Source: the human T2T-CHM13v2.0 reference genome, Homo sapiens. From it: a DNA stretch of 64,000 nt. The notes under the pieces are model-generated. The model was not told the origin of the DNA. It ran no database searches and worked only from the letters and a program-made list of their open reading frames with translations. Positions 31,828-47,300 of this stretch are shown one piece after another. The stretch lies in the NCBI RefSeq assembly GCF_009914755.1, contig NC_060930.1. The stretch is one strand, 5' to 3'. Position 1 is the first letter of the stretch. Each line of letters opens with the position of its first letter. A program made the position numbers and the translations under genes.

Positions 31828-33205
31828 TAGCAAATGTGTAAGTTTGGAGTACCTTTCTCCGTGTTGTAGTCCAACACTGTGGGACTACATTTTAGTCCAG
31901 GTGTATTATAGTGGTCAGTTGAATTTATATAGCATGAATGTTTGCATTAAGCTGTGCTAGTAAGAAGATTGATCCTTGGGGCAGATCAAGGATCCTGTTC
32001 TACACATTTTGAGGAAAACTAAAAAAATTTGTGGAGAAGTAAAGCATTTTAGTGATTAATAAAATGTAACAGTTAATAGTGCATCAATAATATGCTCACT
32101 AAAAGCCACATAAACAGTGGGTCATTTAAATGTTTTATCAGACTACCTATAACTCCATCTTATTTCTTCATTTCCATTTGGAATGCATGGAGTAATTCAG
32201 TAATTCATTGAGTAATTCAGTAATTCATTGAGTAAGACAAATATTATAAACAAAATAACTTTGAATTTCTGAGTCATGTGCAAACTTGGAAACTGTGTTA
32301 TAAGTTAAAAAATTGTTTGCAATGCCAGTTGCAAACTGCTTCAATAATGTACAATGAGAAGAGACCCTATGGCCTAAGCATAAAGCTGACATCTTCTTAG
32401 TGTAACTTGTCTCAGACAATTTAGTGTATCCTCTCTGTAGACTTTTTACTCTTGGGAACGTGGAGAGCACTGAGACTAAGAGTTCGTTTCCTCCTTTCAC
32501 TGTGGTGTCATCAGCCTGTCCTTCACATGCACATTTTCCCACACTGGACTCTTCAGTCTTCTGTCCTCTTTCTCACCCCTAAGAGCTTGGCACTCATATT
32601 GCAGAAGAAATAGTGAATAAGACTGATCTCATTTTACTGAATGTTAAGCTTCACATCTATATCAATGTGAGAAAAAGGTCATAACTTGGGGCATTTAAAC
32701 CTTACCTTTACCTTTGTCCTCTTCTGTAGAAGTCCCTGGCTTGGCCAGTAGGCTGTTCATTTTGACAGATGAGTGGAAATTACAACCAAGCATAAAGCAT
32801 CATCAGCCTTAATGCTTAAATAATTTTATGCACTACACTTTAATTAAAATCGATATAATTGATAATAAAAACAAATGTTTCAATATGGTAAAAACGCCAT
32901 TGATACTAATGTTTAGTAAAGTTTTTTACTGTAACTGGATGTATATTAAATGTATATACTAGACCATTGATTGACAAGGCTATTACAATTATAGTTTAAT
33001 TTTTTAAACTATAATTTCTATGAGTTAAAATACCAAGTGGTCTTCTTAATAAATTGTCATATGCTTTACTATTTCCACTTATCTTTTTATAAAGCCTTTG
33101 CCTTGATTAGAATGCTAATTTACATAAAATTAGTCCTTTCGAATTACTGCTACTACTTCAACTACAATGGTGTGTAGGAGAGCCTATGGTGGGAATGCTG
33201 TAGAA

Positions 33206-33418
33206 CAGGGGTTTGGCAAACTGTACAGGGCCAGATAGTACATACTTTAGGCTTAATGCAACATACATTCTCTACAGAAACTATTCAACTCTGCTCTGGC
33301 AGTGTGAAAGCAGTCAGAAACGTACATGAACAAAAGAGTATGGCTGTTTCAACAAAACTTTATATACAAAAACAGGCGGCAGTGGATTTGGCCTGCAGGC
33401 CATACTTTGCTGACCCCT
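33206..33418. mobile_element. MER58A (hAT-Charlie MITE)
   Basis: TIRs caggggtttggcaaac / tttgctgacccct. Confidence 0.75.
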
Positions 33419-34658
33419 TTGGTAGAAGATATTAGGATGGTAGTTGGTAAAGGTAGGAAATGGGAGAATCAGAAAACAATCGAGAAAGGTGGTTTTTCAA
33501 ATTATTTTCAAATAGCTTTCAAATAACATAAGCAGGAGATAAATTATTTCAGATTGCTTTCAGATAACATAAGGAAAGAGCTTTTATAGTGTGAACCAAC
33601 CCTATGATACATAATTTTTATCTCAGACTACTGAAACATCCTAGAAGCTGCATCAGGATACAGTATTTGAACAGATTAAAGTCTTTATTATAAAGCTGAT
33701 ATAAGTTAGCTATGACCTATGAGCCAAATCCAGCCAAGCACCAGCTTTTGTAAGTTTTATTGGGTGACAGCATGCCCATTGGTTTATGTGTTGTTTATGG
33801 CTGCTTTTGCACTACAATGGTAGTATTTCTCAGATTTGTCCATACACCTCACATACATATGTACACACATATACCACAGTCCTCCAGTGTTTAAATCATT
33901 TTTAGTGTATAAATTAAAAACTCAATAAGATCCTTAAGATTAGAGCTTTTTCGTAACTCAAAACCAAAGCACTTTTATTGTCAAGTAGAATCTAAATTAC
34001 AAAAAAAGATTGTTCTATAATATGGCTGACGTCTACTATTAATAATTTGTTGTGCCAAAGTGAATGTGGACCTGTCTGCTACTGTTCATGCTGTTGAGCA
34101 TTCAGCCTGCATTTTCTGAAGCTGACTTGCTAGTATTTTTTTTTTTATCTACTGTAACTATTCTGAAAGCTTCATTTGTATCATGTGTTTTACATGATTT
34201 GGTCTTCATTTGAAAGATTTTCTGCCTCTGTTCTTCTCTCATTAGCACAAGACAGTTAAAGTAATGTTACTTAAAGCCAATAAGAACATAAATATAAACA
34301 AATGCCCTAAAATCAGGAACAATAGTAGGTTATATATTTTATCTTCTCAATAATCAAGAGCGTGTTTGAGTTTTCTTTACATTTTCATAGAAATCAAAAC
34401 ACAAAATTTCCCCTCAAATTCTTGGGCCCCTGAAAGTATGTCTGTAAATTCTGGTTTGAGAAACATTGATCTAAACCTATGTTTCATTGAACACCTAGAC
34501 TGAATACTTGAAACTAAATAACATCAAATTCTCTGATGAGATAATTTAACCATGAATTGATTGAGATTAGGACATGTCTAAACCTCACTTGGATTTTCCG
34601 ATACTTAAGAAACAGAGATCACTAGGGACAGGTTTACTTCCCATTTCTTTGACACTCT

Positions 34659-35090
34659 CAGAGGCTGTCAACCTTTTCTATCATGGACCCTTTCACAGAC
34701 TGGTGAAGCCTATGGACCCCTTCTCAGAACAATATTTATAAGTGCATACAATAAAATACATAATATTATAAAGGAAACCAATCATATATAGTTTTCAAAA
34801 TTTCTTTTAAAATTAAGTGTATGATATAGCGGTATTGCTTCTTTATTCATGCATTAAATACCAAGATATAATGAGAGTTCTGATAACTTCCACAACTGTC
34901 ATATGACATGAAAATGCCTATGATTTCTATTGAAGACAAAGTCATACAACCTGCTAATATTATCACAGTTTGTTGCCTACATTCATAATTGAAAGAGATA
35001 CCAGATTTTGGTTAGAAGTTAAAGAAAATGAAGGTGTAATTTTTTTCTTATCTTCACATTCGCAAATCCCTTGGGGTGTTAATAACCCTT
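34659..35090. mobile_element. hAT-Charlie fragment (Charlie4-like)
   Basis: ggtgaagcctatggaccccttctcagaa motif. Confidence 0.55.
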
Positions 35091-35550
35091 ACACTATAGT
35101 GTATATGTGTGGTTCATGTATGTGTGTATATGTAAAATATGCACTTACTACACATATTCATACCGTATGTTAGATCTTCTAGAAAGTAATACACCCTTAA
35201 CCGTGTTATGTCAGCTTCCAGCAAAAGTACCTTTACTCCTACAATTATTTATTCAACAGATACCTATCTAGCACTTGACATACACCAAAATTCATTTGAA
35301 GACTATTTGGGGTTTTTGTCCCTCAAAGTCACACTTGAACGCTTATGATACCATCATCCCTCATATAAGAACCTAAATAATAACTATCTCCTAGAATTTA
35401 TTACAAGAAAAACTACTCATTTTCTTAAATGGTTTGCCTCTTGGCCTTTACCACAAAACTTAGAGCTGAATTCATCGCTTGATTGCAGAAATTAATTCAA
35501 ATTAGCTATATGTTTTGCAAACTATAATGTTATATTATCATCTTTGCTAG

Positions 35551-35634
35551 GATCTGTTGACAATGGAGCAAGTGAAAGACTTTGCTGCTAATGTGTATGA
35601 AGCTTTTAGTACCCCTCAGCAACTGGAGAAATGA
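35551..35634 (+). CDS. PEX3: PEX3 exon 12, coding part ending in TGA
   Basis: gctag|GATCTG...GAGAAATGA, 84 nt; DLLTMEQVKDFAANVYEAFSTPQQLEK*; splice phases of exons 2-12 join in one open frame. Confidence 0.96.
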   Translation, partial: DLLTMEQVKDFAANVYEAFSTPQQLEK

Positions 35635-35750
35635 TTTTTCCTTCAAGAAAAACTACAGTGGGATTCATTTACTTTTTAAAATACACTGGGTAAATCACCT
35701 ATACTTAGAGTAACAGTTTGTTATCAAAATGCCTGATAAAATATATTCTT

Positions 35751-36777
35751 AATAAAAGTCTTCATTTCATAATGAAATCAATTTATTTGGCATCTTAATA
35801 TATTTTTTTAGATTCATCAACAGACCAGTTTTTGTGGGCATATATATATACACGTGCAAATATCAGAATTGTTAATAATTTGTTACACATGGACATTTGT
35901 TCCAAACTGACTAAAAATCAATATAGATATTTTATATACATATATATATATAAAAATACAAAATTCAGTGTACTTTACCATATTAATACTGAGGAAAAAT
36001 CTGTTGGAGACATAGGTCTAGGATGTGTGAAGTTTGGAAAAATATGCTATTTAATTATAATGTTCCCTAGACTGCTGTAAACAGAAGTGAATCAGACTTT
36101 TCTCCAGCTACCTTTCAAAATAATAAATTATTTGTCTCAAATATACCTTGATGGAGGACTTTTTTATTCTTATGGAAATAGTGAATTCCAACAACTATGA
36201 TGAACTATGTTCTTTGCTATTTCTTCACTATATTTTTTAAGGTTTTATTAAAAAGCCTTAGAAAGTTACATATTGGTTTAGAGGCTAAAATTGTGTTGAT
36301 GCTGTTTACTCACCTAATTACATAGTTTTAATCATTTGTACATAATTTTAAAAACTTACTTTGTATTGATTTTGAATACAGTGAAAATCTTATTGCAATA
36401 AACTATTTTAGTAAAATATTATTTTGTTGAGTTAATATTTTTCAGCTATTAATTTACTTATCCCATAGCATTTTTGTTATTATTTCGGAAGAGAGAGCAT
36501 GCTAGTTTAAGTTTCATTTTAATTGGTCGTGTACTTGGTGCTTTTTTGTTGTTGTTAACTTGTTCATTTAGTAAAAAGCAAATAGCTTTACTTTCTGAAA
36601 AAGAAATAATTCATTATCTCTAGTAATACATCTGTAATTCTTCATTTAGAAGGGTAATTAGGGCAAAAGTAAATAAATCATTATATATCATTAGTATGTT
36701 GACATATATTTTCAGTAACATTGTTTTATGTTCCTCCAGCGTAACATGTAGCTGAACAGTAGAAGGTAGAAAATAAA
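35751..36777 (+). terminator. PEX3: PEX3 3' UTR with tandem AATAAA polyadenylation signals (e.g. 35751, 36122, 36397, 36772)
   Basis: Several AATAAA hexamers in the AU-rich region after the stop; which are used cannot be seen from DNA. Confidence 0.6.
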
Positions 36778-36864
36778 TTATGACATCTCTTCTAAGGCCT
36801 GGCTAGGCCTGAAGCTCACTGCCAGGGAGTTTGTGTCTAGAATGTTTTTAAAAATAGGTAGTGG

Positions 36865-38611
36865 AGCCATAGCCCTCACCATAGACACCTCTGAGCCCAC
36901 TGGCATTGTCTCTGAGCAGAAGATGGCTGTGCCACTCACATATGCTAATCTTGGCAAATCTGCCAAGCATGTCTTCACCAAGGGATATGGATTTGGCTTA
37001 ATAAAACCTGATTTGAAAACAAAATCTGAGAATGGATTGGAATTTACAAGCTCAGGCTCAGCCAACACTGAGACCACCAAAGTGACAGGCAGTCTGGAAA
37101 CCAAGTACAGATAGACCGAATATGGCCTGACATTTGCAAAGAAATGGAACACTGACAACACACTAGGCACCGAGATTACTATGGAAGACCAGTTAGCATG
37201 TGGACTGAAGCTGACCCTCCATTCATCCTTCTCGCCTAACACTGGGGGAAAAGTGCTAAAATCAAGACAGGATACAAGTGGGAGCACATTAACCTGGGCT
37301 GCGACGTGGATTTGGACATTGCTGAGCCTTCAGTCCGAGGCACTCTTAAGTGCTGGGTTATGAGGATTGGCTGGCCAGCTACCAGGTCAATTTTGAGACC
37401 ACAAAGTCCTGAGTGACCCAGAGCAACTTTGCGGTTGGCCACAAGACTGATGAATTCCAGCTTCACACTAATGTGAATGACGGGACAGAGTTTGGCAGCT
37501 CCAATTAGCAGAAGGTGAGCAAGAAGTTGGAGACTGCTGTCAGTCTCGCTGGGACAGCAAGAAACAGGAACACTCGCTTCAGAATAGCAGCCAAGTATCA
37601 GATCGATCCTAAAGCCCACTTCTCCACTAAAGTGAACAACTCCAGCCTGATAGGTTTAGGATACACTTAAACCCTAAAGCCAGGTTTCATACTGACACTG
37701 TCAGCTCTCCTGGGTGGCAAGAACATCTATGCTAGTGGCCACAAGCTTGGTCTAGGACTGGAATTTCAAGCATAAATGAATGCTGTAGAATTGTTTAAAT
37801 TATTTTGCAGCATAGATACCTTCACAATTTAGTGTATCTTTTAATGTTGTATGGCTGGGATGCAAGTATTGCTAAATGTCATATTGGACCTCCAGGTTAA
37901 AGATGATTCAGCTTTAAGGTGTTACCCTTTCAGGGGTACAGAAGAAACCCAGTTCCAAAAAGGTCCCTTCAGTGGTAGATTTGGGGAACTTGGTGGCCCC
38001 TGTAGAGATGCCAGGTTTCTTTTTTATCTAGAAATGGCTGCAAGTGGAAGCTGATAATATATAGGCACCTTGTAAATTCATATTGAGTAAATGAATGAAA
38101 TTGTGATTTCCTGAGAATTGAACCTTGGTTTCCTAACCCTAACTGATGAGAGGCTTGTTGCTTGATGGTGTGTACAAATTTACCTGAAAGGGACCTTTTA
38201 AAGACAGATCTTCATGACTTGTTCCCATCCCAGGTCTTCATTACCTCTTTTACACAAAAAGATCTACAGGGTGTGGTCACTGTTTCTTTTGTGCTGTTTT
38301 GGGGTGGAGAGGGTGGATGTGATGAAGCCAATAATTCAGGACTTAATTCCTTCCTGAGTTGTGGTTTTTTTGTCCTTGCATCAGTGTATAAAATAGCTTC
38401 CAGGAGCTCTAGCTATAAGCTTGGAAGAGTCTGTATAATTGTAATCACAGGGTGACAGCACTCAGAATCTAAACTGGGCTTATGTGGTATTCTCACCACT
38501 CAATTTATTTTTTAGCAGTTTAATGGGTACATTTTAGAGTCTTCCATTTTGTGTGGAATTAGATCCTCTTCCTCAAATGCTGTAATTAACTTAAAAAAAA
38601 AAAAAAAAAAA
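36865..38611 (+). pseudogene. VDAC1P8: Processed VDAC1 pseudogene (probably VDAC1P8): 5'UTR remnant, CDS 36923-37775, 3'UTR, A19 tail
   Basis: Intronless [28 protein letters not shown]...[12 protein letters not shown]; premature stops at 37112 (TAG), 37410 (TGA), 37506 (TAG), 37668 (TAA); -1 indel near 37250 and +2 near 37347; poly(A) 38593-38611; the P8 number is from recall of the locus. Confidence 0.93.
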
Positions 38612-38620
38612 GGTAATGGT

Positions 38621-38831
38621 CCAGCCTGGGCAACATGGTGAAATCTTGTCTCTACAAAAAAATTAGCCACGCATGGTGGCATGTGTCCGTAGTCCCAGCT
38701 ACTTGTAGGGATGAGGTGAGAGAATCACTTGAGCCGAGTAAGTCAAGGCTGCATGCAGTGAGCTATGATTGCACCACTGCACTCTAGCCTGGGTGACAGA
38801 GTGAGACCCTGTCTGGGAAAAAAAAAAAAAA
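38621..38831 (+). mobile_element. 5'-truncated AluJ directly after the VDAC1 pseudogene tail
   Basis: Starts at ccagcctgggcaacatgg, ends in A14. Confidence 0.88.
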
Positions 38832-38898
38832 GTAGTGGTGGAGAGGAGGGAATATGCTTCTTTTCAAAATTTGACAAAATATGATATTCTCACTTTTA

Positions 38899-39285
<387 letters not shown>

Positions 39286-39497
39286 TTAGATAGTACAAAT
39301 CTGCCTTCTAATAGTATAGCAGGAGCCCTCTCATCAGAAACCTTTAGTTGTTTGGTTAATCTAAAAAGTTATTTAAATCAGGGTGTCATAAAAAGTACAT
39401 ATATAGACATTTTAACTTTAAATATTCTATATTTACCACTTATTTACTATAGGATCCAGGTTTTTTCTAACTTTTTAGTGTACATCTACTCAGTCGG

Positions 39498-39535
39498 GCT
39501 GTTGGTGATATAGTGGTACAGCATAGCTGCCTTCC
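39498..39535 (+). pseudogene. tRNA-Gly(TCC) 5'-half fragment (non-functional retrocopy)
   Basis: gctGTTGGTGaTATAGTGGTacAGCATAGCTGCCTTCC matches the 5' half of human tRNA-Gly-TCC (GCGTTGGTGGTATAGTGGTnAGCATAGCTGCCTTCC) and stops at the anticodon. Confidence 0.8.
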
Positions 39536-39943
39536 CATATAGGTCTGCTGATAGATGTTCTCTAATTGTCTTTCTTGAATTCCTGGCCTCAAGGATCCTC
39601 CCACCTCAGCCTCTCAAGTAGCTGGGATTACAAGCTGGAGCTTGTAATCTAATTATCTTTCTTATACAAATTACATGCATTACATTACATAGGTGTGAAC
39701 CACAGATGCAGAATTCTTGAAGATTTTTACTATATTTTCCCCCAATCTTTTAGAGCAGTTTTGCCCACAGTTAACCAATAGCTTTTTTTTTTTTTTAAAT
39801 TTTTAAAGTCAACAAACTTTTATCTAGTCTTTCCAAAGTATTTAACTTGGCTTTAACAGAAACTAGAACTCTTCACGCTTGCGTCCTTGGCTCATATTAT
39901 CATCATAAAAAGTTCACCTGGCATAATCAGTTTGTTTGGTAAC

Positions 39944-40275
39944 TGTATTTGTTTCCTAGAGCAGTTGTAACAAATTACCACTCCACAAGTGGCTTAAAAT
40001 GAGAAATTTATTCTCTCACACTTCCGGTGGCTAGAAATCCAAAATCAAGGCGTCAGCAGGGCCATGCTCCCTCTCCAATCTCTGCCTAGTCGTCACATGG
40101 CCTTCTGTCTCTGTGTCCTTTTCTGTCATTTATAAGGATACTGTCATTGGATTTAGAACCTACTCATATCCAATATCAGCTTATCTCAATACTTACCTAT
40201 TACATCTGCAAAGACATGATTTCCAAGTGAGAATACATTCTGAGGTTGCAGGTGGACATAAATTACTGGGGAACA
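39944..40275 (-). mobile_element. MLT1 LTR
   Basis: tgtatttgtttcctagagcagttgtaacaaattaccac...ggaacactatttgacccactaca. Confidence 0.75.
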
Positions 40276-40359
40276 CTATTTGACCCACTACAGTCACAAA
40301 CTCAAACAGCCTTTGGTAAACATACCTTGCAGCAAATGGGAATAGAAAACACAACCCCT

Positions 40360-41830
40360 ACTCAGGTTAAACAACAGAAATTTATTTTCTCACAGTGTTG
40401 GAGGCTGAAAATCCAAGATCAAGGTATCAGCAGATTTGGTTTCTTCAAAGACTTCTCTCCTTGACTTGCAGATGGCACCTTCTCACTGTCTTTATATGGC
40501 CTTTCCTCTGTGCACTTGTATCCCTGGTGTGTCTTCCCCTTCTTATAAGGACATCAATCCTATTGGCTTTAGGGCCCCACCCTTATGACCTCACTTAACC
40601 TTAGTTACCTCTTTAAAGGCCCTGTTTCGAAATATAGCCATGTACCACATAACAGCTTTTCAGTCAATAATGGACTGCATATATGTTGGTGGTGCCATAC
40701 GATTATAATGGAGCTAAAAATTCCTATCACCTAGTGACATCATAGCCATCATAAGGTAGCACAACACGATAATCATGTTGTTTATGGTGATGCTGGTATA
40801 AACAAACCTGTGCTGCCAGTCATATAAAAATCTAGCACATAAAATGATGTAAGGTATATAGTACTTAATAAATGGCTAGGTTACTGGTTTATGCATTACT
40901 GTGCTATATGTTTTGTCATTATTTTAGAGTGTACTTCTACTTAAAAAAAAGTTAACTGTGAAACAGCATAAGGCAGGCCCTTCAGGAGGTCTGTGAGAAG
41001 AAGGCATTGTTACAGGAGATGACAGCTCCGTGGGTATTATTGCCCCTGAAAACCTTCTAAGCAGGACAAGATGTGGAGATGGAAGACAGTGACATTGATG
41101 ATCCTGACCCCGTGTAGGCCTAGGCTAATGTGTGTGTTTCTGTAAAAGTAAAAAGTTAAAAATTTTAAAAATAGAAAAAAGCTTATAGAATAAGAATATG
41201 AAGAAAGAAAATATTTTTGTACATTTGCACAATGAGTTTATGTTTTAAGCTAAGTGTTATTACAAAAGAGCCAAAAAGGTTTTAAAAATTAAAACGTTTG
41301 TAAAGTTACAGTACACTTATGTTAATTTATAATTGAAGAAAGAAAAACTTTTTTTTATAAATGTAGTGTAGCCTAAGCATACAGTATTTATAAAGTCTGG
41401 CAGTGTTCAATAATGTCCTAGGCCTTCACATTCACTCACTGACTCACCCAGAGCAACTTCCAGTCCTGTAAGCTCCATTCGTGGTAAGTGCCCTATACAG
41501 GTGCACCATTTATTTTACAGTATTTTTACTGTACCTTCTCTATGTTTCCATATGTTTCGATATACAAATACCACTGTTACTATTGCCTACAGTATTCAGT
41601 AACATGCTGTATATGTCTGTAGCCTAGGAGCAACAGTCTATACCATACACATTAGGTGTGTAGTAGGCTATGCCATCTAGGATTTTGTAAATACACTCTA
41701 TGATGTTGGCACAAAAAAAAATTGACTAGCAATGCATTTCCCAGAAAATATCCCCATATTAAGTGATGCATAACTATATAATCATGGGGGATATGGCTTC
41801 AACATAAAATTTTCAGTTCGGTCCATAATA
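40360..41830 (-). mobile_element. MLT1 LTR split by the Tigger3 insertion (LTR parts 40360-40634 and 41779-41830)
   Basis: LTR sequence ...aaaggccctgtttcgaaata resumes as ...tcatgggggatatggcttcaacat after the Tigger. Confidence 0.7.
40635..41776 (+). mobile_element. Tigger3/MER7 (Tigger3b-like) non-autonomous DNA transposon, TA TSD
   Basis: Degenerate TIRs tagccatgtaccacataac / attaagtgatgcataacta flanked by TA; internal sequence typical of MER7. Confidence 0.82.
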
Positions 41831-42114
41831 CCACCAATTCCTTGCTACTATAATGTGAAAAAATTCTCACCTCTGAGTCACACATGGAAACAAATCAATG
41901 TGAAGAGACTTTAATGGCAAAGTGCACTGGAGAGTTAAAATGGTTACATGGGTAATTTAAGAAAAAATTTAGTGGGAAAAAGGGAAAGGGCTGAACTGCC
42001 AAAATAATTTTCTTATCCAGTTTTACATTTGCTTTCTCCATGTGCTACAATTATAGACACCTGATAGTTCCTAGCCTTAGACATAACTTGCAGCATCAGC
42101 CACTCTGCTGCACT

Positions 42115-42255
42115 TTAGATCACATTAGTCAGGGCTAGAGCCCAGCCCCATTTACACGGCATCTGATGAATGGTTAGCTGTGGCAGTTCTACCATAATGC
42201 CATTTTGCTCCAAAGAAATCCAGTTAAGTGGCTGTCCATGGCCCAGTAGTTTCAC
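42115..42255 (-). CDS. FUCA2: FUCA2 exon 7, coding part ending in TAA
   Basis: 141 nt; [46 protein letters not shown]; total spliced CDS 1404 nt. Confidence 0.96.
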   Translation of the reverse strand: MKLLGHGQPLNWISLEQNGIMVELPQLTIHQMPCKWGWALALTNVI

Positions 42256-43377
42256 CTGAAATTAAAAACATACATGCAAATGTCTCCAAATTTATCTCTT
42301 TATCTCACCCACTTTCTATTGGGAAGGAGTGATTAGTAGTTCAAACAAAATTGTAGACAAGAGGTTCATTTTTACCTTTATTTAGTGATTCACAATCACT
42401 CTTCATCCAATTGAGTGTATGTATCTTGCCTCTATATTCTTGCTTCTATTTTACTCTCAAGAGGGAAATAGAAGTGTGCAGGGGTTGGGGAAGGAGAATT
42501 TTCAAGACTGAATGGAGTCTCAGAGTGGAGAAAAAGCTAAAGAGAGGATCAGGAGCAGAAAGTGGCTCTGAAACCAGAGTCTGCCCAAGTATCTACTCAG
42601 CGTTCCTCCCCCAGATTTTCTAATAACCTCCACTAATCAATAATACATAAATTTGATCAATTATTACTGTAATTGTTTTATATTCTTAGTCTTACTATAC
42701 TAAGCAAATTCAAATAAGTTCCCTACATATTCTAGGGTTATTTTGAACCAAAAACTTTGCTTCTCAGGTGGATCAATATGAAAACAAAGCCCATGAGCTT
42801 TTAAATAATAATGTTAATTGGCACCAAAAAGAACATAGATAAAATAAAAACATAATCAGTATCATACCTGGGCTACTAAGCTGTAATTAAACATTAGATT
42901 TGAACTCATCTTCTTTCTGCCTCATCAACCACATGTATTAGAAATGAAATGCAGAAAAGTGATGCAAGGAGAACCCCCATATGGACAGTTCACCTCCAAA
43001 GGGATAATTTATTTAAAAAAATAAGTTATAAAATATATCAGAATGAACTCAATGCCAGATCTGGTGGTTTCAACAGTTAGATTAATCTCTAACTTTCTCC
43101 AAAATGTTTTATAAACATAAAATAGTAGAGTCATGACATCTTGTATTCAGATATGTTCTGGGGTGGGGTGTCAGGGAAAGCATCCGAATTCTAGTTTTAT
43201 GAGAAGAATCATTTTGGATGCATGCAGTGAACTTGAACAACGTAAAATGACTGTGAAGAATAATGTCTATTTTACAGTGATATGCATAGAGATACTGCAG
43301 CTGTTTTATCAGCTTAGTTTTCTGGGAAACAAAAAGTTTCAAAGATTTTGACCAAACACTGTCATTGGTGAAATTCA

Positions 43378-43668
43378 TTTTATTTTATTATATTTTATTT
43401 TATTTTTTCAGAGACAGGCTGAAGTGGTGCAGTCATAGCTTACTGTAGTCTTGACCTACTGGGCTCAAGCAATCCTCCTGCCTCAGCCTCCTGAGTAACT
43501 AGGACTACAGGTGCGTGCCACCATGCTCAGCTAACTTTAAAAAAAATTTTTGTAGACAGGGGTCTTGCTATGTTGCCCAGGCTAGTCTCAAACTTCTGGC
43601 CTCAAGACATCCTCCTGCCTTAGCCTCCCAAAGTGCTGGAATTACAGTGTGAGCCACAATGCTTGGCT
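43378..43668 (-). mobile_element. AluJ
   Basis: Reverse-complement dimeric Alu. Confidence 0.88.
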
Positions 43669-43796
43669 GGAGCTCATTTACAATTCCTTTTATGAAGTAT
43701 AAGTGAAACAGTTATAAGGCTCCCCTTAAAAGTTAATGTTTGCATCAAGATGTTCTAATCAGCAATTTAAAGGAATAAGGTAAAATTCCCTCTTAC

Positions 43797-43905
43797 CTCT
43801 GTTGCCCCCAGAATAGCTTTGGGATGGCCAAGGAACAGCTGTCCTGATGTGGGCCATTTAAGAAAAATGGCATAGACTAATTTTTCTTTAGGCTTGGATG
43901 TGTAC
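43797..43905 (-). CDS. FUCA2: FUCA2 exon 6
   Basis: 109 nt; [37 protein letters not shown]. Confidence 0.96.
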
Positions 43906-44224
43906 CTGGTTAAAAGAAAAAAATAAAGAGCATAGTAGCAAGTTACATCCCATGTTTCTCACTATTTATGGATCAGGAACAATCTGGAATTATTTTACAG
44001 ATACTTCCACAATGTCACCACTAATAGAAGGGAAGGAAAAATAGCCTCATGGTGGTATAAAAAAACACCTTCCTCCCCCAAGACCAAAAGGAAGTTCTTG
44101 GAAGACAAAGATTTTCCTGAGCTAGCATTCCTCTTCATCAGACTGCTCTCATGGAGCTGAAAAGGGGAGGGAGATGATCTAAGGGGACAGGATGCAAGAG
44201 CTTCATGGCTTTTCATGTATTATT

Positions 44225-47300
<3,076 letters not shown>

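Noticed and set aside
36778-37619. 169 aa and 127 aa - strand ORFs
   Set aside because: Antisense shadows of the VDAC1 pseudogene with no recognisable protein
39498-39575. Functional tRNA-Gly gene
   Set aside because: No T-arm/B box or 3' acceptor strand, so it cannot form a cloverleaf
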